From Candidatus Bathyarchaeia archaeon (lineage in GTDB: Archaea > Thermoproteota > Bathyarchaeia > Bathyarchaeales > Bathycorpusculaceae), in NCBI GenBank assembly GCA_049969855.1, contig JBMFOB010000011.1, positions 1-42,734 of the forward strand: DNA of 42,734 nucleotides, written 5' to 3'. Made by a program: the position numbers and the translations under genes. Under the pieces are notes generated by a model, which was given only the letters and a program-made list of their open reading frames with translations, did not search any database and was not told the origin of the DNA. Below, one piece after another: positions 18,692 through 28,936 of this stretch. The stretch's first letter is position 1, and the number at the start of each line of letters is the position of its first letter.

Positions 18692-18741
18692 GAAGACATA
18701 AACTCTTTTATCACTATTCAATTATAGGAAAACGAAGAAAA

Positions 18742-19173
18742 ATGGAAAAAGAAGGCAACCGCTCCACCATTGAAGATTTAAGCAAAAAACTTGACTTAAT
18801 AATAAAAAGGCTTGAAGCCCTCGAAGCCCTAATAATGAATAACCCAGAATATTCTGGATTAGTTCCTTATCTGCGCCTAACACGTTTCGGCATGGGCTTA
18901 TACGGCGAACCATTAAAAGTTGCCGCACGCTTAAAAGCCGCTGAAAAACACTTAAAGAAAGAGTGGGTTGCCAAAGATGACATTTCACGATGCATAGTGC
19001 AAGTTTTAGCCCTACACGAAAAATTGAACATTTCAGCAATAACACGTCAAGTTCGAATAATGCGGGGAAAAGCCTCAAGAAGAATTATCCGAGAAAGAAT
19101 TAAACGCTTAGAAAAGGAAGGAATTGTCCGAAAAGTTAAAGGATACGAGCACATTTACGAACTAGCTGAATGA
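18742..19173 (+). CDS. Winged-HTH transcriptional regulator with N-terminal coiled coil
   Basis: [16 protein letters not shown] coil; [11 protein letters not shown]...[22 protein letters not shown]. Confidence 0.75.
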   Translation: MEKEGNRSTIEDLSKKLDLIIKRLEALEALIMNNPEYSGLVPYLRLTRFGMGLYGEPLKVAARLKAAEKHLKKEWVAKDDISRCIVQVLALHEKLNISAITRQVRIMRGKASRRIIRERIKRLEKEGIVRKVKGYEHIYELAE

Positions 19174-19249
19174 ACGCTTACTTGACCACTTTTTACCACA
19201 ATAAATAATTGCAATATCCAGACCTTTAGTTCTTTCAGGAGGAATATAA

Positions 19250-19654
19250 ATGAGTCAAGAAAAGGAAAAGAAAAAAGAAGAAAAAGAAGAAGATGTTGAA
19301 GAACTTAAAGAATTTCTCAGCGTAGTTTCAAAAGAAGTCCCAAGCCTAATAAAATCAATAATCGGAAGCGTATTCTCCGAAGAAGCTGGAAGAGACATGG
19401 GAAAGGCAGCAGCCGCCTTCTACAAAGAGTTAAAAGAGGCAGGTATGCCAGAAGAAACAGCCGTCAAAATGACAGAAAACTACATATCAGTATTCACAAG
19501 CCTCGGAGACGTCATTAAACATGCTGGCGGCAAGAAGAAGATTCTGGTTGCTACTGGAGAAGGCAAGGACATAGGCGAAGAGATTTCGAGAAAAATCAAA
19601 GAGAAACTGGCTGAGAAACGCGAAGAAGAAGAGGAAGAAGAAGACGAAGACTAA
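19250..19654 (+). CDS. Hypothetical acidic protein
   Basis: GGAGG RBS; clean ORF with charged termini; contains FYKELKEAGMPEETA. Confidence 0.8.
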   Translation: MSQEKEKKKEEKEEDVEELKEFLSVVSKEVPSLIKSIIGSVFSEEAGRDMGKAAAAFYKELKEAGMPEETAVKMTENYISVFTSLGDVIKHAGGKKKILVATGEGKDIGEEISRKIKEKLAEKREEEEEEEDED

Positions 19655-19660
19655 AAAGGC

Positions 19661-19909
19661 GTGTATCACCGCATGAAGATTAGCAGCGTATTCAGCATAG
19701 CCCTTCATTTAACTCGCCTTTCACTCATCCTTTTTGTTTTTTGGCTTACTTTTGGTTGGAATGTACGGAAGGCAAGAAAAGCCTTCGAAAAACAACTGAT
19801 TCGGCAAGGCATGACGAAAAAAGATGCAAAAAGACTGAGCGCCAATTATGTGAAGCTGAAAAATGATATTATGAACATTTTGAAAAGCTCATTTCTAAAG
19901 AGAGTCTGA
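19661..19909 (+). CDS. Small hypothetical membrane-anchored basic protein
   Basis: Starts 6 nt after the previous stop; N-terminal hydrophobic helix; shares a 26-aa motif with the upstream protein. Confidence 0.7.
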   Translation: MYHRMKISSVFSIALHLTRLSLILFVFWLTFGWNVRKARKAFEKQLIRQGMTKKDAKRLSANYVKLKNDIMNILKSSFLKRV

Positions 19910-20893
19910 GTAAAAATCTATGTAAATTTGTGAACAACAGAAGGATGAAAAGAAGATTTTGTTTCCTTGACTTTCAGCAAATTTTATGGCTTCCTCCGTT
20001 GGAAATGCGATGGCATTTACTCCAGCTTTCAATGCCAAAACATCAGTTTCCGTGCGGTGCTTGCCTTTTGGACGCATGCATCCAAGGACTATGGGTTTTT
20101 TTGGGAAAATGAGCCTTGCCGCTGTTATGACTCTTGCGATATCTATTGGTTTTGGCGGTTCAACTTTCTCCATTTCTGTTCCGTGAATTGGCATAAACGC
20201 TATAATGACTACGGCTGAAGGCTTGTATTTGGATATAATCTCCAAAGCATGCAATTCGCCTTTTAATTTTCCATAATGAAGCCCAACAATCACATGAGGA
20301 ACAAAAGCAATGTCAGCCTCGCTTAGGGCTTTCAAAGAATTTTCATAGTCCATAGTTGTTATGTTTAAATTGTAAATTTCCTTTATTGTTTCGTCTGAGC
20401 CGATAATGTCTATTAATGCAGCGTCAACCCCAGCCTCCTTAAGCCTCTTAGCCATAGAAAAATCAATTATGCCCGTGTGAACAAAAACTGTTAAACCCAA
20501 ATCCCTCTTAATCTTCCAAATAATGTCAACGAAATTTTCAAGAGGAACAGAACCGTTAGGCAGGCATCCACCACTTATAAGACATCCAGATGCACCTTCA
20601 CGTTTAAGCTTTGAACAGAGTGCAAAAAGTTCTTCGGGCGTTACAGCGGAATACATTGTTTCTAAAACTTTTCCACCACAATGCTTACACTTAAGTGTAC
20701 AGCCCTTGCCAGTTACAGATATTGTTGGAAAATTCGTAGGCGAAGAAGAGTAATGGCTTGTTTTGTAATACATGAAGCTTGGAGCGTAAAAATGGATTTT
20801 CCTTACTTTTGAGGATAACAGGTTAGCATCCAATAGGCTTGCAAGTTCTTTTTCGCTCATCTGCCAGACAGTTTCTGGTGAAATTTGCGCCAT
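19895..20893 (-). CDS. lipS1: Radical SAM protein, archaeal lipoyl synthase subunit LipS1
   Basis: CTLKCKHC radical SAM motif plus GCMR and C-terminal CC motifs, as recalled for Thermococcus LipS1. Confidence 0.8.
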   Translation of the reverse strand: MAQISPETVWQMSEKELASLLDANLLSSKVRKIHFYAPSFMYYKTSHYSSSPTNFPTISVTGKGCTLKCKHCGGKVLETMYSAVTPEELFALCSKLKREGASGCLISGGCLPNGSVPLENFVDIIWKIKRDLGLTVFVHTGIIDFSMAKRLKEAGVDAALIDIIGSDETIKEIYNLNITTMDYENSLKALSEADIAFVPHVIVGLHYGKLKGELHALEIISKYKPSAVVIIAFMPIHGTEMEKVEPPKPIDIARVITAARLIFPKKPIVLGCMRPKGKHRTETDVLALKAGVNAIAFPTEEAIKFAESQGNKIFFSSFCCSQIYIDFYSDSL

Positions 20894-20925
20894 GACATTC
20901 TCTTAGGAAAGCATCCGCCATTTCT

Positions 20926-21270
20926 TTAATAGTTTTCGTTTTCTCCAGCTTTTCTCCGCTGCCCCTCTGAAATTGTTGGGATGATATGCACGGCTTCGTC
21001 CATAATTCTAATGGTGCTAACGACCTTTTCAAGATACTTTTGAAAGTTGAGTGTTTTAAAAACGGCTACGCCACGCTCTGTTATTGCATAAAGCGTTTTT
21101 CTGCCAGAATCCCGCTCTTCAACGAGACCATTTTTTATTAGGAATTCCAGTCTTCGCCCAAGAACGCTGCATTCCGTGTTGGTTTCATAGGCTATGGCAT
21201 CTATGGCTAAAGGTTTCTTAATTAATGCTTCTAAAATTTCCTCGTAGGATTCAAGTTTAGACTTTCGCAT
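20926..21270 (-). CDS. Winged-HTH domain protein
   Basis: MRKSKLESYEEIL...LEFLIKNGLVEE...YAITERG. Start moved to MRKSK. Confidence 0.8.
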   Translation of the reverse strand: MRKSKLESYEEILEALIKKPLAIDAIAYETNTECSVLGRRLEFLIKNGLVEERDSGRKTLYAITERGVAVFKTLNFQKYLEKVVSTIRIMDEAVHIIPTISEGQRRKAGENENY

Positions 21271-21350
21271 TTGCGACACTGAAATTTTTATTTCATTTAA
21301 TTTAGATAAAATATTTATGAATTCAAAATCTTTAGCCAACCGAAATTGGG

Positions 21351-22199
21351 CTACTGAGTGTTTTGAAGTAGGGCTGATATGCCGCTTGCTGCAAGAACCA
21401 ATAACTCGAACATTTTATAAGCTTCAGCCATGCTGCTTGCAGTATACTCCACATTTAATCCATCAATCCTCTTGACTGTTGGCAGCAGTTCAGCAGCATC
21501 AGCAAAATGGCTTGCCAGAAAGGTTACTCCAATTTTTACTGGTTTTTCCGCTACAAGGGGCTTAACAGTCTTTTGTTTAAAGTTGGCTGCCGCCCTTTTA
21601 GTGGCTTCTCTCAACTCCTTCTCAATTTTCACCATGCTAGAGCTTTTAGCTGAAAGTCTTCCAAAAGAATGTTTTAGGGCTACGGTTTCAGCCCATGGCG
21701 CATATTTTTTAACATCATCTTTTAAGAGTTGAGCTTCCCCAGCGACTAAGGCAACTGGCACTTTAAAGTCTCCAGCCGCATAAGCATTCAAAAGAAATTC
21801 GCTAGCCTCAACGCCATTAACTTTAACCTTGTTAATGCTTCCGCCACTGTAAGTGTGGTCAAACGTGGATTTGGAAGTGCCAAATTTGGCGTGATATCCA
21901 AGAAATAGGGCAATGTCGCATCCTTCCACGCCCGTAACCATGCTTAATGGTCTTGGAAAACCCCTGACAATCTCAACATATTCAGGCAAATCCTCAACCA
22001 AAAGGTTAACCATTGGACCGTGACTGTCAGCAACAACAATTTCGTCAAACCCATTCTTGTTTAGCTCCTCAGCCACAGTTAAAGTGACCTTTGTGGCAAT
22101 TTTCCTAGCCTCAGAATACAATGTTCCTTTTAGGCTTAAGTGCCCCGGAATGACCACGTAGGGCATTCCTTCCATATCAACTGAAATGAAAGCTTTCAT
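21351..22199 (-). CDS. dppA: M55 family D-aminopeptidase (DppA-like)
   Basis: MKAFISVDMEG, VADSHG, LGYHAK, DHTYS. Start moved to MKAFI. Confidence 0.9.
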   Translation of the reverse strand: MKAFISVDMEGMPYVVIPGHLSLKGTLYSEARKIATKVTLTVAEELNKNGFDEIVVADSHGPMVNLLVEDLPEYVEIVRGFPRPLSMVTGVEGCDIALFLGYHAKFGTSKSTFDHTYSGGSINKVKVNGVEASEFLLNAYAAGDFKVPVALVAGEAQLLKDDVKKYAPWAETVALKHSFGRLSAKSSSMVKIEKELREATKRAAANFKQKTVKPLVAEKPVKIGVTFLASHFADAAELLPTVKRIDGLNVEYTASSMAEAYKMFELLVLAASGISALLQNTQ

Positions 22200-22310
22200 G
22201 AGATTTCGCCCATTATGGGTTTGCAAAACTGCATTTAAGAATTTCGATTGCAATGTGAAGTTCCAAATAGTTTTTAGCCTTAACAGAGAATTCACTAATG
22301 AAGAATTGCC

Positions 22311-23312
22311 ATGAAAAAGTCCACCATCCCAGAGAAAATTCGGGTTTCATTAGGCTCAGCCTTTGTCGTCGGACTCTTAAGTGGAAGACTTGAAGCAGCG
22401 CCAACAACTGCTTATCTTATGACGTATAGAAAGGGCAAATGCACAGCAAACTGTGGCTTTTGTCCCCAAGCAAGAGAAAGCAGCGCCAGGGGTGACATGC
22501 TTTCAAGGGTTTCTTGGCCAGTTTTTTCCACAGAAAAAGTTTTTGACGGAATAGATAAGGCTGTTAAGGATGAGAAAATAAAGCGTGTTTGTTTTCAAGC
22601 GTTAAATTATCAAGAGGTTTTCACGCATCTATTAGCACTTATAAAGGCAATTAGGCAAAAAGTCAACGTTCCCATATCAGTATCATGCCAACCTCAAAAC
22701 AGCATAAGAATAAGAGAGTTAGCTGATGCTGGAGCAGAAAGAATAGGCATACCATTAGATGTTGCCTCAGAAGAGCTTTTTGAAAAGATTAAAGGGTCTA
22801 TTGCGGGAGGACCATACAACTGGAAAACTCAATTTAAACTCTTAAGCGAAGCCGTTCACATTTTCGGAAAAGGTAAAGTCAGCACACACTTAATTGTGGG
22901 TTTGGGAGAAACTGAAAGACAAATGGTTGAAACCATCCAAAAATGCGTAGACATGGGTGTTCTGCCAGCACTTTTTGCTTTCACGCCAATTGCTGGAACA
23001 GCCTTGGAAAGCGTCCCTCAACCGCCAATTCAAAGTTATAGACGAATCCAAATTGCCAGACATTTAATATTTAATGGAATCGTTAGATGTGAGGATATGT
23101 GCTTTGATGAGGAAGGCTGCATAATTGATTTCAGTGTTGAAAAGCAAAATTTAATGTCTATTATTCAAACGGGTGCGCCTTTCCTTACATCAGGATGCCC
23201 AAACTGTAACCGTCCATACTACAACGAGAAGCCAAGCGGACCCATTTACAATTACCCAAGAAAAATAAGCGAAGAAGAATTGCATGAAATAAGAAAACAA
23301 CTGAGCTTATAA
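22311..23312 (+). CDS. lipS2: Radical SAM protein, archaeal lipoyl synthase subunit LipS2
   Basis: CTANCGFC radical SAM motif plus TSGCPNCNRP (TxGCPxC[ND]RP) motif. Confidence 0.82.
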   Translation: MKKSTIPEKIRVSLGSAFVVGLLSGRLEAAPTTAYLMTYRKGKCTANCGFCPQARESSARGDMLSRVSWPVFSTEKVFDGIDKAVKDEKIKRVCFQALNYQEVFTHLLALIKAIRQKVNVPISVSCQPQNSIRIRELADAGAERIGIPLDVASEELFEKIKGSIAGGPYNWKTQFKLLSEAVHIFGKGKVSTHLIVGLGETERQMVETIQKCVDMGVLPALFAFTPIAGTALESVPQPPIQSYRRIQIARHLIFNGIVRCEDMCFDEEGCIIDFSVEKQNLMSIIQTGAPFLTSGCPNCNRPYYNEKPSGPIYNYPRKISEEELHEIRKQLSL

Positions 23313-23333
23313 CATTGAACCATTAGAAGCAAG

Positions 23334-24209
23334 TCATGGCTTGTTGGCTGCAATCCCCAAAAATTCTCTGATAAATTTCGATACACTGCAGAAAGTTACG
23401 CCCATACAATCATAGTCTGGATTTGCCTCAACAACATCAAAAGCCCTCATTTTTAACCCTTTCAAGTTATGCATTACCTCTATAAGATTTCGCAACGTGA
23501 TTCCTCCGCCTTCTGGATTGCCAACTCCTGGAGCGAATGCAGGATCTAAAACATCAATGTCAAAGGATACATACACGTTATTGACGTTATTCAAAGCTTC
23601 ATTGATGATGGAAGCTGCTTTCTTCGCGTTTTTGTAAACTTCAGATGTGCTTACAATATTTATGCTGTGGTTTTTGGCGTAAGTTGCCTGTTCAGCCGTG
23701 GATGCTCTTATGCCAATTTGAAATATGTGCTTAGGGTTAACAGCGCCATCTTCAACTATTCTTCTCACAGTGCAAGCGTGGGAATACGGATTTCCTTCAT
23801 AACTCTCATATAAGTCGGGATGAGCATCGAAGTAAATTAAACCCCAAGAGCCGCTTAAAACTTCCTTCAGAGCCTTTAATGTGGCGTATGTTATGCTGTG
23901 GTCCCCTCCGAGAAAAATGTATAATTTGGAATTTGCGTTTTCGCTAACTGCTTCTTTAACTGTTTGAAAAATGTTTAAAAATGAAGTGGGAGTTACGTCG
24001 CCTAAATCGTAAATTTTCCAACACTCTTTAATGTTAACATTGGTCTCCGTATACGGGTTATAAATTTTTGAACTTGTATATTCTCTGATGATTTTTGGAG
24101 CTTTGGCTGAACCTTTTCTGAATGATGAGCTTTTATCCCAACACAAACCAAGGACGCATGCGTTTGCTTCGTTTTTGCTTTTGGTTTCAGCTCCAAAAAA
24201 TAAACTCAC
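23334..24209 (-). CDS. speB: Agmatinase / ureohydrolase family protein
   Basis: GGDHSIT, FDAHPDL, SHA, SFDIDVLDP, PGVGNPEGGG, DVVEANP. Substrate not certain. Confidence 0.8.
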   Translation of the reverse strand: MSLFFGAETKSKNEANACVLGLCWDKSSSFRKGSAKAPKIIREYTSSKIYNPYTETNVNIKECWKIYDLGDVTPTSFLNIFQTVKEAVSENANSKLYIFLGGDHSITYATLKALKEVLSGSWGLIYFDAHPDLYESYEGNPYSHACTVRRIVEDGAVNPKHIFQIGIRASTAEQATYAKNHSINIVSTSEVYKNAKKAASIINEALNNVNNVYVSFDIDVLDPAFAPGVGNPEGGGITLRNLIEVMHNLKGLKMRAFDVVEANPDYDCMGVTFCSVSKFIREFLGIAANKP

Positions 24210-24230
24210 ACTTCTTCCTTCTTAACATGG

Positions 24231-25484
24231 TTATTCCAAAAACTTTTTCATTGCATCCACATTAAGCGGCACATTAACTGGATTTTCAGATATTCTTCTC
24301 CCACTTCTAGGATCTTTAAGTCCATTCCCAGTTATTAGGCATACAACTTCATCTTTCCTATCAATTATGCCGGCTTCCAAAAGTTTTGGAAGAGCTGCAA
24401 CACATGCTGAACCTGAGGGTTCTGCAAATATTCCTTCAAAGCGTGCCAATAAACTCATGGCTTTCAAAATTCCCTTATCTGAAACGTACTCCGCATTTCC
24501 CTTTGATTCTTTTAATGCTTTAATGGCTAAGGGAGCATCATAACTCCATCTTCCAACCAAACCTTCAGCTATTGACTCCTCACAACTTTCCAAAGGTGCG
24601 ACTTTCCCATTTTTAAAACCGTCAACTATGGGTGCGCCACCAACTGGTCCTGTAGCAACAATCTTTGGCAAATTGTCTATGAAGCCTAAATCATTTAACT
24701 CTTTGAAGCCTTTCCACATTCCATATAAATGGGTGCCATTACCAACGTTGTCTATAACCCATTCAGGCGCCTTCCACCCTAACTGTTCGCATATTTCATA
24801 AGCAATTGTTTTGTCGCCCTCCACCCTAAACCTGTTATGACCTGGACAAGACTCGAAAATGTCCAGATCTTTAACTGCCTCCAAGTAAACTTCAAAGATT
24901 TCCTCATAAATTCCATCTACCAGAAAGGTTTTGGCACCATGAACTGAACACTGGGAAACCTTTCCTCTAGAAGCAGTTGCAGGCATAAAAACGAAACAGC
25001 CTAAGCCAGCTCGGGCTGCATAAGCCGCCAGCGAAGCAGCAGCATTTCCAGACGACACGCATGAGACGCTCTTTTTTCCAAATTGCAGTGCTTTATTTAC
25101 GGCTAAAACGCTTTCGCGATCCTTAAAAGAGCCCGTTGGGTTTTGAGCCTCATTTTTTAATAGTAAATTTTTAATTTTGAGCTTTTCAGCTAGTCTTTCA
25201 CTTTTTAGCAGGGTGGTTCCACCCTCACCCAATGTTAATAATTGCTCTTCTTTTTGAAATCCAAGCAGTTCCTTGTATCTTAAGGCGTTAAAAGGTCTTT
25301 TAGAAAACAATTTTTTACTCACTAATTTTCCGATTTCTTCATAGTTATATGTGACTTCCGTTATGCCTTTGAAAACTGTTACTCCCCTTATTTTTTCCGA
25401 ACCACATTTTGGACAAACAAAAAATTTTGGATCAGAAGGGAAGATTTCCCCGCAGTTTACACATTTTAAACCTTTGATAAGCAT
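24231..25484 (-). CDS. thrC: Threonine synthase-like PLP enzyme with N-terminal Zn ribbon
   Basis: CVNC...CPKC, LGEGGT, NPTGSFKDR (PLP Lys), SSGNAAASL, EGDKT, ITGNGLKD. Start moved to MLIKG. Confidence 0.8.
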   Translation of the reverse strand: MLIKGLKCVNCGEIFPSDPKFFVCPKCGSEKIRGVTVFKGITEVTYNYEEIGKLVSKKLFSKRPFNALRYKELLGFQKEEQLLTLGEGGTTLLKSERLAEKLKIKNLLLKNEAQNPTGSFKDRESVLAVNKALQFGKKSVSCVSSGNAAASLAAYAARAGLGCFVFMPATASRGKVSQCSVHGAKTFLVDGIYEEIFEVYLEAVKDLDIFESCPGHNRFRVEGDKTIAYEICEQLGWKAPEWVIDNVGNGTHLYGMWKGFKELNDLGFIDNLPKIVATGPVGGAPIVDGFKNGKVAPLESCEESIAEGLVGRWSYDAPLAIKALKESKGNAEYVSDKGILKAMSLLARFEGIFAEPSGSACVAALPKLLEAGIIDRKDEVVCLITGNGLKDPRSGRRISENPVNVPLNVDAMKKFLE

Positions 25485-25666
25485 GGTTTTACGCCTACTC
25501 TTTTCATGTGGAATATACATACTCCACTTTAGGTTTTAAATGTTTAACGCCAATTCTCAAATTTTCCCATAATGTCTATTGATGAAATTTTTATAGAGAA
25601 AAGATAAACATTATTAGGTACAAATTTAATGATTTCCTTCTTTACATAAGGAATGGTGAAAGCATA

Positions 25667-27091
25667 ATGCCTTCACTTAATTTACTTTCCAAAAAAGACA
25701 TGTACACCGTACATTTGGCAAGCTTGGATGTGCTGCAAGAAGTTGGGGTTATAGTTCCATACGAAGAAGTTCTTCGAAAACTTGACGAGGCAGGCGCTGA
25801 AGTTAACTATAAGAGTCAACATGTGCTAATTCCACAACATCTCGCAGAGGAAGCCATTCGGAAGACACCCCACAGATTCAGCGTTTACAATAGAGATTTG
25901 AAAACAAGGAAAATTTTAGGCGGAGATGAAACGCATTTTGGCACTGTAGGGTTTGCAACTAACTTTTACGATGTAACATCAAGAACCTACCGTAGGGTTA
26001 CAGTGCAAGACTTAGCAAACGCAACGAAGATTGCGGATGCGCTGGAAAATGTTGAGTTTTACATGTGTATGGGTTCTCCAATGGATGTACCACACGAGAT
26101 TGTAGATAGGTATATGTGGGCAACAGCCCTCGAAAACACAAGCAAACCCATAATTAATGAGGCTATGAGAAAGGAAGGCGCCTTAGACGCTATAGAAATG
26201 GCTTCAACCATCATTGGCGGAGTGGAAGAGCTTAGAAAAAAGCCAATAATGCTTCTCCTAATATCAATTACGAGCCCACTCACATTTGATAGGGCTACCC
26301 TCGAAGCGTTTATTGAAGCATCTAAACTTGGTATTCCAGTTTTCGTGAATTCAGGGCCTATGGCTGGAGCGACAAGCCCAGTGACTTTGGCTGGAACTTT
26401 AACCTTAAACATGGCTGAATTCATAAGCGCTCTGGTAATCCGTTACGTGGTTAACAAAGATGCCCCGCTTATAATTGGAAGCTGGGCTAGGGCTATGGAT
26501 GTAAGAGAAGCCTCAGCAGTGCTTGGAGGACCAGAATTCGCTTTGCTCCACGCGTGTGTCGCTCAGATGGCTCATTATTATGGAATTCCAAGCGCTGGTG
26601 GTGGCGTTTTGTCTGATGCTAAAACTTTAGATGCCCAGATGGGCTACGAAAAAGCTTTGACTGGTGTGCTTCCAGCCCTTGCACGTCTTAACTTAATATG
26701 TGGTATGGGTTTGATAGCGTCAGAAAACACCATGAGCCTCGAAGGACTTGTCATAGACAACGAAATTGTCAGCATGATAAAGAAAATTGCGAATGGAATC
26801 GAAATTACAGATGAAACTTTAGCATTGGACATTATAAAAAAAGTTGGGCCGAAAAGCAGTTTCATAAGAGAGCGCCACACTCTTGAACACTTTAGGAAAG
26901 AAATTTGGATACCGAAAATAACTAACAGAACATTCCCTGAAATTTGGGTTAAATCAGGCGCCAAAGATTTATGGGTTAAAGCTAAAGAAGAAGCTGATAA
27001 AATATTGAAGGAACATGAGGTTCTCCCACTATCAAAAGATGCTAAAGATAAAATTATGAAAATCGTCAAAGGAGTAAAAGGAAGGGCTTAA
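25667..27091 (+). CDS. mttB: Trimethylamine methyltransferase (MttB) superfamily protein 1, non-pyrrolysine
   Basis: ITSPL, MAGATSPVTLAG, GGPE, SDAKTLDAQMGYE, DNEI, KVGP...HT; no internal TAG. Confidence 0.9.
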   Translation: MPSLNLLSKKDMYTVHLASLDVLQEVGVIVPYEEVLRKLDEAGAEVNYKSQHVLIPQHLAEEAIRKTPHRFSVYNRDLKTRKILGGDETHFGTVGFATNFYDVTSRTYRRVTVQDLANATKIADALENVEFYMCMGSPMDVPHEIVDRYMWATALENTSKPIINEAMRKEGALDAIEMASTIIGGVEELRKKPIMLLLISITSPLTFDRATLEAFIEASKLGIPVFVNSGPMAGATSPVTLAGTLTLNMAEFISALVIRYVVNKDAPLIIGSWARAMDVREASAVLGGPEFALLHACVAQMAHYYGIPSAGGGVLSDAKTLDAQMGYEKALTGVLPALARLNLICGMGLIASENTMSLEGLVIDNEIVSMIKKIANGIEITDETLALDIIKKVGPKSSFIRERHTLEHFRKEIWIPKITNRTFPEIWVKSGAKDLWVKAKEEADKILKEHEVLPLSKDAKDKIMKIVKGVKGRA

Positions 27092-27092
27092 T

Positions 27093-27749
27093 ATGAGTGC
27101 AGAAAACGTTATAGAAAAGCTGAAACTTGCAGTTTTAGACTACAACATAGAAGAAGCAGCATCCACCGCCAAAGAAGTCATTAAAATGGGAATTGACCCC
27201 CTTAAGGCTATAGAAGAAGGCTTAGCTCAAGGTATAAGAGAAGTTGGAAACAAATTCGCAAACGGAGAAGTATTCCTTCCAGAACTAATAATGGCCGCCG
27301 AAACCATGAAGAAAGCCTTAGAAATTTTGGAGCCTGAACTGAAGAAGAAAAAGAAAGAGCGCAAGACTCTTGGAAAAGTGCTTTTAGGCACAGTGGCAGG
27401 GGACATCCACAGCATAGGAAAAACCATAGTTGCCTCCATGCTAAGTGCAAATGGATTCGAAATCTACGACATTGGAGAGGATGTACCAGCAGAAAAATTT
27501 GTAGAAAAGGTTAAGGAGCTAAAACCAGACATACTCGGACTTTCGGCACTCCTAACTACAACCTTGCCGGAGCAAAAAGTAGTCATTGAAACTTTAAAGA
27601 AAGAGGGCTTAAGAGATAAAGTTAAGGTTATCGTAGGCGGAGCTCCAACAAGCAGGGAATGGGCTAAAGAGATAGGCGCTGACGGTTATGGGGCTGATGC
27701 CACCGAAGCCGTTGAAGTAGTTAAGAAGCTTCTGGAACATTCAAAATGA
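27093..27749 (+). CDS. mttC: Methyltransferase cognate corrinoid protein 1
   Basis: B12 cap FLPELIMAA; GDIHSIGK (DxHxxG); SALLTTT; VGGAP. Confidence 0.9.
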   Translation: MSAENVIEKLKLAVLDYNIEEAASTAKEVIKMGIDPLKAIEEGLAQGIREVGNKFANGEVFLPELIMAAETMKKALEILEPELKKKKKERKTLGKVLLGTVAGDIHSIGKTIVASMLSANGFEIYDIGEDVPAEKFVEKVKELKPDILGLSALLTTTLPEQKVVIETLKKEGLRDKVKVIVGGAPTSREWAKEIGADGYGADATEAVEVVKKLLEHSK

Positions 27750-28936
27750 GTGGAAGGGTCAATATGGCTAGATTGTTAAAACTTTCAAAGCGTTCAGAGA
27801 AAATTCCAAAATCTGGAATCAGAAAAATGTTCGACCTTGCCCAAAAATACACAGACGTAATAAACTTATCCATAGGGGAACCAGATTTTGACACTCCGCC
27901 TCACATAATTGAAGCCGCTATCAAAGCTATGAAGACTGGCTATACCCATTACACTGTAAACGCTGGTTTCTCAGAATTTAGAAAAGCAGTTTCAGAAAAA
28001 CTGAGAAAAGAAAACGGCATAGACGCTGACCCAGAAGAAGAGATCATGGCGACAGCTGGGGGGATGGGAGGCCTATCACTAGCAATGTTGACTATGATAG
28101 ATCCTGGCGACGAGGTTCTGATTCCAAATCCGGGCTTCCCAAATTATGCTGCACAAGTTGTTTTGGCTGGCGGTAAACCAGTTTCTTACCCCCTTAAGGA
28201 GGAGAACAATTTTCGCGTGGATGTCAATGATATAGTTAAAAGAATAACAAAGAAAACAAAAGCCATCTTGATTAATTCGCCATCCAACCCAACAGGATCC
28301 GTGTTGAAAGAGAAGGAACTAAAAAACATAGCAGACATAGCATTAGAAAATAAGTTACTAGTTATATCTGACGAGGCGTATGAGGCTATTCTCTACGATG
28401 GAACAAAGCACATAAGCATAGCATCCCTTCCAGAAATGAAAGAGAAAACAATAAGCGTATTCACATTTTCAAAAACATATGCCATGACAGGGTGGCGCAT
28501 AGGATTTGCAGTAGCCCAAAAAGAGATAATAGAAGGAATGCTTGAGCTTCAAGAACACATATTAGTTCATCCAAGCTCCATTTCACAGATGGCTGCAATC
28601 GCAGCTTTGCGCGGCTCAAAAGATTATACCCAAATGATGCTTAAGGAGTATGCGGAGAGAAGGGAAATTATAACTAAAGAGTTAAACAACATGCCTAGAG
28701 TAACATGCTTGAAGCCGGAAGGCGCCTTCTACGTGTTTCCAAACATAAAGAAAACTGGCATGTCGTCAACCGAAATGGCGATGCACCTTCTTGAGAAAGC
28801 AAAAATAATAACAGTGCCTGGAACAGCCTTTGGGGAATATGGCGAAGGATACATAAGAATTTCATATTCGACATCGAAAGAGAAAATAAGAGAAGCCACG
28901 GATAGAATGCGTGTAGCCCTTGAAAAGTTAGCTTAA
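27746..28936 (+). CDS. PLP-dependent aminotransferase class I/II
   Basis: GEPDF, NSPSNPTG, DEAY, FSKTYAMTGWRIG, PEGAFY. Confidence 0.93.
   Translation: MSGRVNMARLLKLSKRSEKIPKSGIRKMFDLAQKYTDVINLSIGEPDFDTPPHIIEAAIKAMKTGYTHYTVNAGFSEFRKAVSEKLRKENGIDADPEEEIMATAGGMGGLSLAMLTMIDPGDEVLIPNPGFPNYAAQVVLAGGKPVSYPLKEENNFRVDVNDIVKRITKKTKAILINSPSNPTGSVLKEKELKNIADIALENKLLVISDEAYEAILYDGTKHISIASLPEMKEKTISVFTFSKTYAMTGWRIGFAVAQKEIIEGMLELQEHILVHPSSISQMAAIAALRGSKDYTQMMLKEYAERREIITKELNNMPRVTCLKPEGAFYVFPNIKKTGMSSTEMAMHLLEKAKIITVPGTAFGEYGEGYIRISYSTSKEKIREATDRMRVALEKLA

Noticed and set aside
19620-19651. GAA-rich repeat
   Set aside because: Simply encodes the poly-Glu/Asp tail of the protein.
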